Assembly: GCA_031551525.1 (NCBI GenBank)
Contig: JAVBNN010000023.1
Span: forward strand, 46,442-110,441
Length of the DNA: 64,000 nucleotides
Reading direction: 5' to 3'
Source: Acidaminococcales bacterium
GTDB lineage: Bacteria; Bacillota; Negativicutes; Acidaminococcales; JAISLQ01
The position numbers and the translations under genes were made by a program. Below, in pieces: positions 19,031 to 27,411 of the stretch. Each line of letters begins with the position of its first letter. The first letter of the stretch is position 1. Below the pieces are notes generated by a model. That model was not told where the DNA came from. It saw nothing but the letters and a program-made list of their open reading frames with translations, and did no database searches.

Positions 19031-19082
19031 TGCAAAAGTCAAGAGGTTTTTATTTTATTAGTAACGTGGTATGATTATGACA
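19031..19082 (+). promoter_or_regulatory. Repeated promoter block, copy 1 (extended -10 TGGTATGAT)
   Basis: GCAAAAGTCAAGAGGTTTTTATTTTATTAGTAACGTGGTATGATTATGACAC is near-identical to 19736-19786. It is preceded by the palindrome TTTTGCAG-N14-CTGCAAAA. Confidence 0.65.
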
Positions 19083-19099
19083 CGGAAGGAAGTGGCAAT

Positions 19100-19447
19100 G
19101 TGGGATATCTTGTATACTTTGCAACAGCAAGCTACTTTTTATTGATGACCGACGATAATGGCCGCATAAATTGGCACGACAACGCAATATCTCTGCTTGG
19201 CTATTTCGCGATGTCCATGCTCTTTTTGTTCTGCCCTTCTTTATCGCTTTTCGCGGCAGTCTCCGGCATTGTATTTCTGTTGCCTTTCATTTCCAGTTTC
19301 CCATCGTCCTTCGCTGTGGGTTACTTTGCCGTCCTTATATTTTTTGCAGTTGCGGCATTCAGCACAAAAAAAGGCAATGTTTCTATTGCCGTCGTATACA
19401 CTGAACTTCGGAAGGAAATCTTGCAGAACATTAAAAGCTCCATATGA
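19100..19447 (+). CDS. Small integral membrane protein (moron, ~115 aa, 3 TM)
   Basis: GTG at 19100 has a GGAAGGAAG RBS 7 nt upstream. It lies downstream of the repeated promoter. The product is strongly hydrophobic and has no recognised family. Confidence 0.5.
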   Translation: MGYLVYFATASYFLLMTDDNGRINWHDNAISLLGYFAMSMLFLFCPSLSLFAAVSGIVFLLPFISSFPSSFAVGYFAVLIFFAVAAFSTKKGNVSIAVVYTELRKEILQNIKSSI

Positions 19448-19508
19448 CTAAAAGGAAACTTCTCGCCAGAATAAACAATCGCTTTATCTTTGACCGGATA
19501 GCGGTTGT

Positions 19509-19688
19509 TTATTTCTTTTTGTCCAGCTCAGACTTCACAAGATTAACCCCTTTTACAATTACTTCTGCTCGGGAAGTTTGTAACTGGTCTGCACACTCCT
19601 GTAAGGTTTTTGCAGTGTCTTGCGCTATTCTGATTTCCAGACGGATATTTTTAGGGTTATCTGTTGGCCTGCCTGTGCGTGGCGTCAT
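19509..19688 (-). CDS. Ribbon-helix-helix (CopG-like) small DNA-binding protein, copy 2
   Basis: 59 aa: MTPRTGRPTDNPKNIRLEIRIAQDTAKTLQECADQLQTSRAEVIVKGVNLVKSELDKKK. GAGGTGA RBS. Its 5' and 3' flanks are homologous to those of the 18852-18992 gene. Confidence 0.6.
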   Translation of the reverse strand: MTPRTGRPTDNPKNIRLEIRIAQDTAKTLQECADQLQTSRAEVIVKGVNLVKSELDKKK

Positions 19689-19735
19689 TTTATCACCTCA
19701 CTTTTGCCCGTGCTTAAATAATAATATATGCCCGT

Positions 19736-19786
19736 GCAAAAGTCAAGAAGTTTCTTTTTTATTAGTAATGTGGTATGATTATGACA
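19736..19786 (+). promoter_or_regulatory. Repeated promoter block, copy 2 (extended -10 TGGTATGAT)
   Basis: GCAAAAGTCAAGAAGTTTCTTTTTTATTAGTAATGTGGTATGATTATGACAC, preceded by ACTTTTGC...GCAAAAGT and a duplicated TGCCCGTGC. Confidence 0.65.
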
Positions 19787-19814
19787 CAATATAGTAAAGG
19801 GGGCGGATTGTTTA

Positions 19815-20555
19815 ATGAATACAGAACAAATTGCAATCACCGCTTTAACTGCTTTTACTACAACAATGGTAAGCAAAGGTGCAGATGCTCCTGCCCGAAC
19901 ACTGAATCTGCTATGGGAATTTATTTTTGGTAAATTTGACGCAATGATGCAAAACAGCATAAGCGCAAGACCCTATAACCTAACAAATTTTGGAAATAAA
20001 ATACACGAATTCACTAAAGACATCCCCCCCGAGCACATCCAAGAACCCGACCTTGCCATTATGGGCCCCGCCCTTGAAGCCTCAAAATATTACATTGAAA
20101 AAGAGCCTATCAGAAACGCGTTTGCAAAACTGATCGCGGCTTCATTCGATGCAAGAAAAAATGAAAGCACACATCATTCTTATGTTGAAATAATTAAACA
20201 GATGAACCCAAACGATGCAAAAATATTTACTAAACTTAAAAACCCATTTTATTTACTATGCTATAGTTTTTCTATAGAGTCACGCCCTTATATAAGACAA
20301 GATATTTATTTGGATGATTGCCACCAAGAGCCTAGTCTGGAAGATAGCATAGCAATTGGTAATCTGGAACGTTTAAATCTCATTGCCATTACAAGGCAAA
20401 GAGGCGGTATTACTACACACTATCCAGAAACACAAGAAATTATCACGCATTTTAAACAAACAAACCTCTATAAAACTTCTAAAGAAGAAATTATATTGGT
20501 CGAACAAGGGTTGCTTACTGAATACGGTTGGAACTTTAGACAGTGTTGTTTATAA
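19815..20555 (+). CDS. Abi-alpha (DUF4393)-like protein, candidate abortive-infection/exclusion factor
   Basis: Central block LAIMGPALEASKYYIEKEPIRNAFAKLIAASFDARKNESTHHSYVEIIKQMNPNDAKIF matches my recollection of the DUF4393/Abi_alpha core (..L...FA.LLA.A.D....HP.FVEII.QL.P.DA.IL). Confidence 0.5.
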   Translation: MNTEQIAITALTAFTTTMVSKGADAPARTLNLLWEFIFGKFDAMMQNSISARPYNLTNFGNKIHEFTKDIPPEHIQEPDLAIMGPALEASKYYIEKEPIRNAFAKLIAASFDARKNESTHHSYVEIIKQMNPNDAKIFTKLKNPFYLLCYSFSIESRPYIRQDIYLDDCHQEPSLEDSIAIGNLERLNLIAITRQRGGITTHYPETQEIITHFKQTNLYKTSKEEIILVEQGLLTEYGWNFRQCCL

Positions 20556-20675
20556 ATCTCTTATTTTTTCATAAATAAAATCCGCCATTTTCAGAGCTAA
20601 CCAGCCGCTTATCGTTACATTAACAACAGAACCTACAACCAATAGCCCAATTAAAAATACATATGTTTCTAACAT
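20550..20675 (-). CDS. 41-aa hydrophobic peptide (hypothetical)
   Basis: MLETYVFLIGLLVVGSVVNVTISGWLALKMADFIYEKIRDL. GAAGGTGAG RBS. Below the ORF-track cutoff, and convergent with the Abi-alpha gene with a 6-nt overlap. Confidence 0.3.
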   Translation of the reverse strand: MLETYVFLIGLLVVGSVVNVTISGWLALKMADFIYEKIRDL

Positions 20676-20748
20676 ATTCTCACCTTCTTTCATTAAATAT
20701 TATTATGTCGCGTCCCGCGTAAACGCGTGGCTTGAAATGGAGGCCCCT

Positions 20749-21105
20749 ATGAAAAAACTACTGCACATTTTCGCGCTGATAGATGTACAGCACATTTTAA
20801 TTTTAGCAACAGTTGCCCTTCTCTACGCGGGCATAATAGGCTTTGATGATATTAAGTATTATGGTTGGGTGCTGTATGGAGCCTCTATCGCATCTTTCTT
20901 TTTGTTCTTAAGCGGGAATTATCAGAGCGAACATAAGACAACCACAAGGGTTTTTCTCGGCTTGATAATGTCACTAAGCGGGCTATCTCTGTCGTTAGAA
21001 ACAGAAAGTATTGTTGGTTTTGAAAAAGTCTCGTTATTTTTCGCAGGCATCATGCTAGTGTTTCTATTGCAAGATATAAATAACGAAACCCCACCGCCCT
21101 GCTAA
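20749..21105 (+). CDS. Small integral membrane protein (moron, 118 aa, 4 TM)
   Basis: ATG at 20749 follows GGAGG with a 5-nt spacer. The product is hydrophobic throughout, and a terminator follows directly. Confidence 0.5.
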   Translation: MKKLLHIFALIDVQHILILATVALLYAGIIGFDDIKYYGWVLYGASIASFFLFLSGNYQSEHKTTTRVFLGLIMSLSGLSLSLETESIVGFEKVSLFFAGIMLVFLLQDINNETPPPC

Positions 21106-21117
21106 CTGCGGGGCGGT
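21093..21117. terminator. Bidirectional terminator between the membrane moron and the giant protein gene
   Basis: ACCGCCCTGC-taact-GCGGGGCGGT followed by TTTTCTTTT. Confidence 0.7.
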
Positions 21118-21123
21118 TTTCTT

Positions 21124-24100
21124 TTACCTCTCTCTTTTCGGCCGCCGCTTGGCCAAGTCCATAAACTCAAAGTCCATTTCGTCCTGTAAAAGATTCCACG
21201 CATTGAAAAACCAGTCATTTATCTGGTCCGGGTATTTGAGAAGGAAAGCCGATGCAGCCGCGATAGCCTCTGCCTTGTCCGCCGGCTCCGCGTCGTCTTT
21301 CATCATCTTTTGCCCGGCGCGGATGATTCCGCCGATCTGGCTTTCTAGCGGCGACATGGTATAACCGAAGGACTGGAAGCCGAGCGCCTGTTCTATGCCG
21401 ACTTTTATACCTGAGCCGATGAACGGCACCATGGCCAGCGGCCAGAGTGCTATCTCCTTGATAAACCATTCCAGATACTTGTCGTCGTCCGGCATTTTGA
21501 AGGAGTACAGCGCGGACAACACGCCGAAGCCGATATACTGTTTTGCCGTAAACACAAACAGCCGGCCGACGTCTTTTTTGTCCATGAAGATATTGGCTTC
21601 GCGCATCCAGCGGTTGAGCTGAGTATTGAAAAAGCCGGTGTACATGGTCAAAAGCCGCGTCCCGGAACCTCCTCTTTGCAGGCCGGAAGTGTCTATCAGG
21701 CGGCCGCTGCCGGTACTGCGCTCGATAACCGTATCGGCAAAGTGGACAGCGTCTTTCTCGGACATCTTCATGGACAGCGCCTTGTCGTAAGCCCCTAGCC
21801 ACATCGGAATGTCGGTCAGTTGGTCCGACCAGGCGAGTACATCGCCGCCCAGTTTTATCATCTGGTTTTGCGTCAGCTCTATCTTGATACCGGCCTCCTG
21901 TAATGCGCCGGTAGCGTTGCGGGAAAGTACGTTGCCCTCCTTCACCATACTTTGCAGCTCTCTCAGGGTAAAGTCCGGCGCATCCATTTTGTCGCGCATC
22001 ATCACCGACTTTTCAAATACAAAGGCGCGCAGCTCTTTGGCCCGCGCCGAATTTGTAATGGCCGCCGGTATGTAGTCGCCCACGCCACGCCTGGTGTACG
22101 CCTCGAAAGCGTCCATCTCCGTAAAGCCATTTACCGCATTGCCATACAGGGTAAAGTTGGCGTTGTTCTGTACTATCGTCCCCGGCCGGAACAACAGACC
22201 GGCCGTCACCGTCCGCGCGCGCATCCAGTTCAAAAGCGGAGCCATCCAGTTTTTCACCGGGGCCGTATCCCGCCCGCGCGCCACTGCACCCTGCCAGTCT
22301 ACTATTGCCTTGTACCCTTCCTCGCCCAGCTTATGCCGGAGGGTGTCGCGCACTTCCTCCTTGCGCATCAGTTTGTTTATATCGTGCATGACCGGACGGA
22401 AGGCTATGTCCTGCGTCACCTGTTCCAGATGGTTAAAGGCATTGTTGAAGTCAAGGTCTACCGAGTAGCTGGCCTTCGTCCTTGTTTTGGAGGCCCCGCT
22501 GTTCGGGTAGGGCATGACACCGACAAAGTCGCCCAGCGCCTTTTCTGCGTTGAGTTCTGCCTGCAAAGTCGAACGCCGGTCTTGCTTTAACGGATAATAG
22601 CCGCCCTGCAAAACTATTGTGTTGCCGTCCGGCAGGGTAAATTCCACCGGCATGGCTTCCACCTTCGGCAGAGAAAAGCCGGTCATTTTCGTGACCATCT
22701 CGTTATACGGAGTGTAAAGATTTATGGCATTCCAGATATCCTGCACCAGGTGGAAGTCTTTTTCGGTCAGGTACTTGGCCAGCACTTCTTTTATTTGCGG
22801 CTCTGTCCAGTTGGCTTGTTTCCATGCCAATGACTGGTTGAAGCCGACGGGGGCTTGGCTGACGAGCCGTTCCATATTGGATTCACTGCCCATATTGAGC
22901 GCGATCACCCGCATGTCCATCTTGGATAGCGACACATCCCATTCCGGAATATATTTTTTGTTATTTACATCCCGGTACTTTTGGGCGTTGTCTATGCCGG
23001 CGCGCTTGAAAGCCTCGTCCAATTTCGTGCTGGACTTGCGCAAAAGGTCGCTTTTGTAGTCGGCCGCTTCTTTGACATAGCGGTAAAAGGCTGTGTGCCA
23101 GGGGCCAAAGTCTTTCATGCCGTCTAGTTCGAGCAGTATCTCGGTCACTTTTTTATTGCCTAGGTAGATCTCTTTTATCATCCTGGTCACCGGGCTGGTC
23201 GCCCCTACCGCCCCCGCTTCATCCCGCAGTACATCCTCCATCCTCGCGGATACTTCCATTAACTTTCGCGCCAGTTCGCTGGACGAGCCGCCATTGTCGA
23301 TAACCGCGAAAGCGTCGCTGTTCACGCCTATCCGGTCGATCATCCTGATGTTCCTGATGGCGTTGGCCACGTCCTTATACTGTTCGATGGTCAGTTCGGC
23401 GCGCGCGTTGGGCGCCTCGGTGTCCGCCTCCAGCCACTCGGCTATGCTGATGATGTCGGGATTGCTGCCCGGCATGTTCAGGTTTTCCTGCCTCGCCACA
23501 TAAGCCATCAGGCTTTCTCTTTTCAGCGCCGGGTTGTAGTCGCTGCGCCCCATACCGAAGCGGCGCAAGAGATCGGCCGCCTGGACGAAGTTCGTTTCCA
23601 TGTCCCAGTTGGCCTTTTTCCTGTTGCGCTGGCGCTGGAGGTATTTCTTTATGCCGTCGTATTCCCGGCGCACCCGGAGGCTTTCCTGTACCATGGCGTG
23701 ATTGTACAACTGGAGTTTTTTCTGCTCAAGCGCGATATCCAGGTCGCCATTGGCCAGCGCGACGGCCGACTTCTCGGCGGCCTTTCTTTCGGACGATATG
23801 TAGGTCTGCAAGTTGCTGGCCCGGTCGATGGTCATTTGACTTATTGCTTCTTTGGCGGCCAGTTTGGCGTAACGCTTATTCATCTGTGCTATTACTTGGT
23901 CGCCTATCTTCATCGGGCTTTGGTGCGTCATTTCGTGCAGCTTGTCCTCGATGATGGCCAGCTCCAAAGCCATCAGCTCCGCCCCGTACTCGTTGTACAT
24001 GGCCTGCTTGGCTTCTTCGGCGAAAACCGCCTTATTGTCGTATACGCCGTCAAACTCTGCCTTGATGAAAGTGTCCGTCATGTGGGTAGCCGCTTTGTTG

Positions 24101-27100
24101 ATCGGCTCGGTTTCCAGTATCTTGGTTGCCAACTCCGACCCCGATGAATAGTCGCTGAGTTCGGCCAGATAGTCAAAATGCACCGACTGATCGTCGGACA
24201 GGTTGCCTTTGTACTCCGTGCCGTTGAAGTAGCTTTGCTCTTTTTGCTGGTAGGCTTTGGCCAGCGTCCAGGCGTTCTTCCACTCGCCAGAGAATTCCAG
24301 ACTCACTGCGTCGATGGTTTTATATATCTGCTGGTCGGCCAGTATTGCGAGGTTGGCTTCGTAGGTCTGTTCGCGTATCTCGGTGATCTCCTGCTTGGCT
24401 TCTTCGGTAAAGGATTTCAATATCTTGCCGGATAGAATGTCCTCTGCCTTTTGCCGTGCCCCGATAATCGCTTTGTCGAGACGCTCCTTTTGCGCCGGGG
24501 TGAGCGTTTCCAATACCACCTGCGGCAGTTTGTTGTAGTAGCCGTCTACATACTGGCGCTGGGCGATCTGTTCTTCGGTGGCCAACATGCGGTCAAATAC
24601 CTGGCGCACTTCATCGGTCAGGGGAATAGCATTCGGGCTTCTTTTTATTCCCCGGTAGATTTGACGCATCCACTCTTTAAAACGCGCCATTACCGGGCGC
24701 ATTTCCGCCGACGGCGCTTTACCTTCGAGGATATAGCTCTCCGCTGCCTCCGCCCATCTTTCATGCGCTTTTTTGCGTTGCTCTGCGGTGGCCGTCTCCC
24801 AGTTTTCTATCTCCGCGTATGTCAAAAGCGCCTGCCAGTCCTTCTGTACTTGCTCCGGCGCGTCCTCCATCAAATAACGCTTGTATATCTCATTTACCGC
24901 GAAATGCCCTAAAAGCTCATGTACCACCGTTGAAGCGTCCGCCCCGCCTAGTAGAGTAATGACCGCCCGGCCTTCCTTGTTCCAGCCGATAGCGCCTTTG
25001 TTTTGCTGATACAGCGTTCCGTCCTCTATGCCCGACGGCTTGACATCACCACGTAAAACATCTATACTGATATCAGAGATAGACGCTTGGCTCCGGATGT
25101 CCGGCGTCGCCTGGGAGGTCTGGCTGCTCTTTGAAGCAGATGAACCTTCGGACAGGAGAGTGTCTATGTCGATAGGACCTTCCGTCTGGGTAGTGCTCCG
25201 GTTATCGGATATGCTGCCGTACAGAGAGGGTTCTATTTTTATTTTTGCTGTTTTGTGGTCTTTGTATGACGCAGGCAAATCTAAACGAGGGATATCTACT
25301 TTAAATCGAATAGAATAGTATTCGTCGCCTATCTTGCAGGCGGCATAGTATCTGTTTTGCCCTTTCACAGAAGGATGGCCTTCGCTAGCCTCTTCAAAGC
25401 TATCAAACACCGCATTTTCAAGAAGTTTGTCCAAAATGGCGTACGCTTCGTTATGGCCTTCATGCCGCTTACGCTTTAAGCTGGCGTCCAGCCCCGCTCC
25501 AGTAAAGCGCTGCAAAGTGCTGTCATCAGCTATGGTTATTTCCTTTCCCTGGAATTGCCCACGTAACCATTTTCGTAAAGTAGCGGCGCTTCCTTCCCCT
25601 TTAGCAAAAACTTCCTGCGGCATACTGGCCGGGTCTATTTCAATAACTGACGCACTTTTGCCATTCTCCAATTTCACGGATTGATTATACTGCGCTTTGA
25701 GCCCCTCCCCGCCCTTCATCCATAGAGGGGCGTTTTCTTTTAGCCATGTGGCGGGGTCGGTTGAGAGGTTTTTCGCCATAGCGGAAAGAAACTCCACCGC
25801 GCCGCTAGCTTCGCCTATAGGCATACCGGCCTGGCGTGCGTCGTGGAGTATTTTGTCTTTTTCCACCTGGAGCGCCTCTTGCTGGCGCAGAACCTCTTCC
25901 TTACTCCGGCGGATATCTTTATCGTTGAGGATTTCTATCCGTTTAGCCGAAAGAGAAGTCTCGTCAAAAGAAATATCGTCTTTTAGCGCGGCGTGCATAT
26001 CTTCGTGCTGTACGGCGGCTACTTCATATGTGCCTTTGGGTATTTCTATTGTTTCTCCCCGCGCGGCTGCTTTCTGTACTTCGTCCGGCGTCAGGTTAAG
26101 GTCTTCCAGCACTGTGCCGTCGCTCTCTTGAAAATACGTCAAAAGCGCGTCGCCCTCTATATAGACCTTTTCCCCGGTACGGTTAAGAAACTGCTCCATC
26201 GCCTCCGGGCTGCGCTGCATGACCGGCGAACCTTTGATAGTCGCTATCTCGCCATCTAGTTGTTGTATTTGCGCCTTGAGGAGGTTGCGGTCAAAAGCTA
26301 CACTCACGCCGCCAGTCGCACCACCAAAGGCCATACCAAGCAATCCGGCGTACCCGGCTTTTTTCGTTATCTCGCCAAACTCGTCAAGAAACTGCTGTCC
26401 GCGCTCCGTCCAGGTCTTGCCCTCTGACTTCGCCCAGATAATGGCCGCTTCTTCCGGGTACTGCTGTAAGGCTTCGGTCAGACCTTCCGTAAAAACAGTC
26501 TCGGCAAACTTTCTTAGCGCGGCATTCTTTGCGCCCTGCTTGGCTGGTTTAAATAGCTTACCGATACCTAGCTGCTCTAGCGGAGCCTGTAAAAAAGCGT
26601 TACCCATGCCAGCAGTAAAAGCCCTCGACGGGTCAACTCCCTCGTCAGCTAGTTGCTCGTAGCTGCCCCCCGCTATCTGCGTACCCATGAAAACCGCGCC
26701 GCCTGCGCCGCCTGTCAAAGCGGTCGCCACTATCTGCGCCGCTATCTGTGGGGAGTTTTCCACAAAGTCCAGCATAAACTGTTTTACATATTTGTCTTTG
26801 GGCGCTTCGTTGAACTCCCGTTTTAAGAGGTCGCTTTTTCTGATGCCCTCCCAGTCCACTACCTGATTATTTTTTGCAGAGGTCGCCATCTCTGCTGCTT
26901 GCGGGTGTACCAGCGCGGCATCATCCCCAAACAACCTCCTCGCCAGCGCCACTTCTTCCTCTGTAGCAGCGACCGACGACTTGTTCCAGCCCTCCATGAA
27001 AGCGGCGAAAGTGCGCGGCAGCGCCTTTGCGCCGTTTGTAAACGCCGTGCCAAAACTCGAAGTGTCCTGTAAGTCCGTCAAGCTCTTTACCCCTTGCCGA

Positions 27101-27393
27101 TCGCGCACGATAGCCATATGGATAGGATCTTCGAGAAAAGTCTTTACTTCTGGATGAGTAAAGCCCAGCCGCTTAAATTCCTCCGGGTTGATTAGGTTTT
27201 CTACTCTTGCCGCTGGATTATTCAAAGCCGTTGACATGTCAAGGTTGGTTTTCATGGAAAGGTGCAGCGCCTGTGAGGCTTCCTGCTGCCGGATATTGGC
27301 TACTCTTTTTAAATAGCCATATTCCGGCGTTTCTTTTACCAGTATTTCGTTTTTTATAGTTTCTCTCTGTTCAGGTGTAAGAGCTATAGACAT
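21124..27393 (-). CDS. Giant (2089 aa) virion-internal/ejection protein, polyvalent-protein-like, with HExxH motif
   Basis: One uninterrupted 6.27-kb ORF in the position of podovirus core/ejection proteins. Gly-rich hydrophobic segments at aa 215-365, HELLGH at aa 825-830 (24904-24921), and hydrophobic C-terminal segments around aa 1940-2010. Confidence 0.6.
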   Translation of the reverse strand: MSIALTPEQRETIKNEILVKETPEYGYLKRVANIRQQEASQALHLSMKTNLDMSTALNNPAARVENLINPEEFKRLGFTHPEVKTFLEDPIHMAIVRDRQGVKSLTDLQDTSSFGTAFTNGAKALPRTFAAFMEGWNKSSVAATEEEVALARRLFGDDAALVHPQAAEMATSAKNNQVVDWEGIRKSDLLKREFNEAPKDKYVKQFMLDFVENSPQIAAQIVATALTGGAGGAVFMGTQIAGGSYEQLADEGVDPSRAFTAGMGNAFLQAPLEQLGIGKLFKPAKQGAKNAALRKFAETVFTEGLTEALQQYPEEAAIIWAKSEGKTWTERGQQFLDEFGEITKKAGYAGLLGMAFGGATGGVSVAFDRNLLKAQIQQLDGEIATIKGSPVMQRSPEAMEQFLNRTGEKVYIEGDALLTYFQESDGTVLEDLNLTPDEVQKAAARGETIEIPKGTYEVAAVQHEDMHAALKDDISFDETSLSAKRIEILNDKDIRRSKEEVLRQQEALQVEKDKILHDARQAGMPIGEASGAVEFLSAMAKNLSTDPATWLKENAPLWMKGGEGLKAQYNQSVKLENGKSASVIEIDPASMPQEVFAKGEGSAATLRKWLRGQFQGKEITIADDSTLQRFTGAGLDASLKRKRHEGHNEAYAILDKLLENAVFDSFEEASEGHPSVKGQNRYYAACKIGDEYYSIRFKVDIPRLDLPASYKDHKTAKIKIEPSLYGSISDNRSTTQTEGPIDIDTLLSEGSSASKSSQTSQATPDIRSQASISDISIDVLRGDVKPSGIEDGTLYQQNKGAIGWNKEGRAVITLLGGADASTVVHELLGHFAVNEIYKRYLMEDAPEQVQKDWQALLTYAEIENWETATAEQRKKAHERWAEAAESYILEGKAPSAEMRPVMARFKEWMRQIYRGIKRSPNAIPLTDEVRQVFDRMLATEEQIAQRQYVDGYYNKLPQVVLETLTPAQKERLDKAIIGARQKAEDILSGKILKSFTEEAKQEITEIREQTYEANLAILADQQIYKTIDAVSLEFSGEWKNAWTLAKAYQQKEQSYFNGTEYKGNLSDDQSVHFDYLAELSDYSSGSELATKILETEPINKAATHMTDTFIKAEFDGVYDNKAVFAEEAKQAMYNEYGAELMALELAIIEDKLHEMTHQSPMKIGDQVIAQMNKRYAKLAAKEAISQMTIDRASNLQTYISSERKAAEKSAVALANGDLDIALEQKKLQLYNHAMVQESLRVRREYDGIKKYLQRQRNRKKANWDMETNFVQAADLLRRFGMGRSDYNPALKRESLMAYVARQENLNMPGSNPDIISIAEWLEADTEAPNARAELTIEQYKDVANAIRNIRMIDRIGVNSDAFAVIDNGGSSSELARKLMEVSARMEDVLRDEAGAVGATSPVTRMIKEIYLGNKKVTEILLELDGMKDFGPWHTAFYRYVKEAADYKSDLLRKSSTKLDEAFKRAGIDNAQKYRDVNNKKYIPEWDVSLSKMDMRVIALNMGSESNMERLVSQAPVGFNQSLAWKQANWTEPQIKEVLAKYLTEKDFHLVQDIWNAINLYTPYNEMVTKMTGFSLPKVEAMPVEFTLPDGNTIVLQGGYYPLKQDRRSTLQAELNAEKALGDFVGVMPYPNSGASKTRTKASYSVDLDFNNAFNHLEQVTQDIAFRPVMHDINKLMRKEEVRDTLRHKLGEEGYKAIVDWQGAVARGRDTAPVKNWMAPLLNWMRARTVTAGLLFRPGTIVQNNANFTLYGNAVNGFTEMDAFEAYTRRGVGDYIPAAITNSARAKELRAFVFEKSVMMRDKMDAPDFTLRELQSMVKEGNVLSRNATGALQEAGIKIELTQNQMIKLGGDVLAWSDQLTDIPMWLGAYDKALSMKMSEKDAVHFADTVIERSTGSGRLIDTSGLQRGGSGTRLLTMYTGFFNTQLNRWMREANIFMDKKDVGRLFVFTAKQYIGFGVLSALYSFKMPDDDKYLEWFIKEIALWPLAMVPFIGSGIKVGIEQALGFQSFGYTMSPLESQIGGIIRAGQKMMKDDAEPADKAEAIAAASAFLLKYPDQINDWFFNAWNLLQDEMDFEFMDLAKRRPKRER

Positions 27394-27411
27394 AAAAATG
27401 CTCCTTTGCTT

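Noticed and set aside
19444-19794. 116-aa plus-strand ORF
   Set aside because: It is antisense to the RHH2 gene and spans the conserved cassette flanks and promoter block. It has no RBS and an implausible composition.
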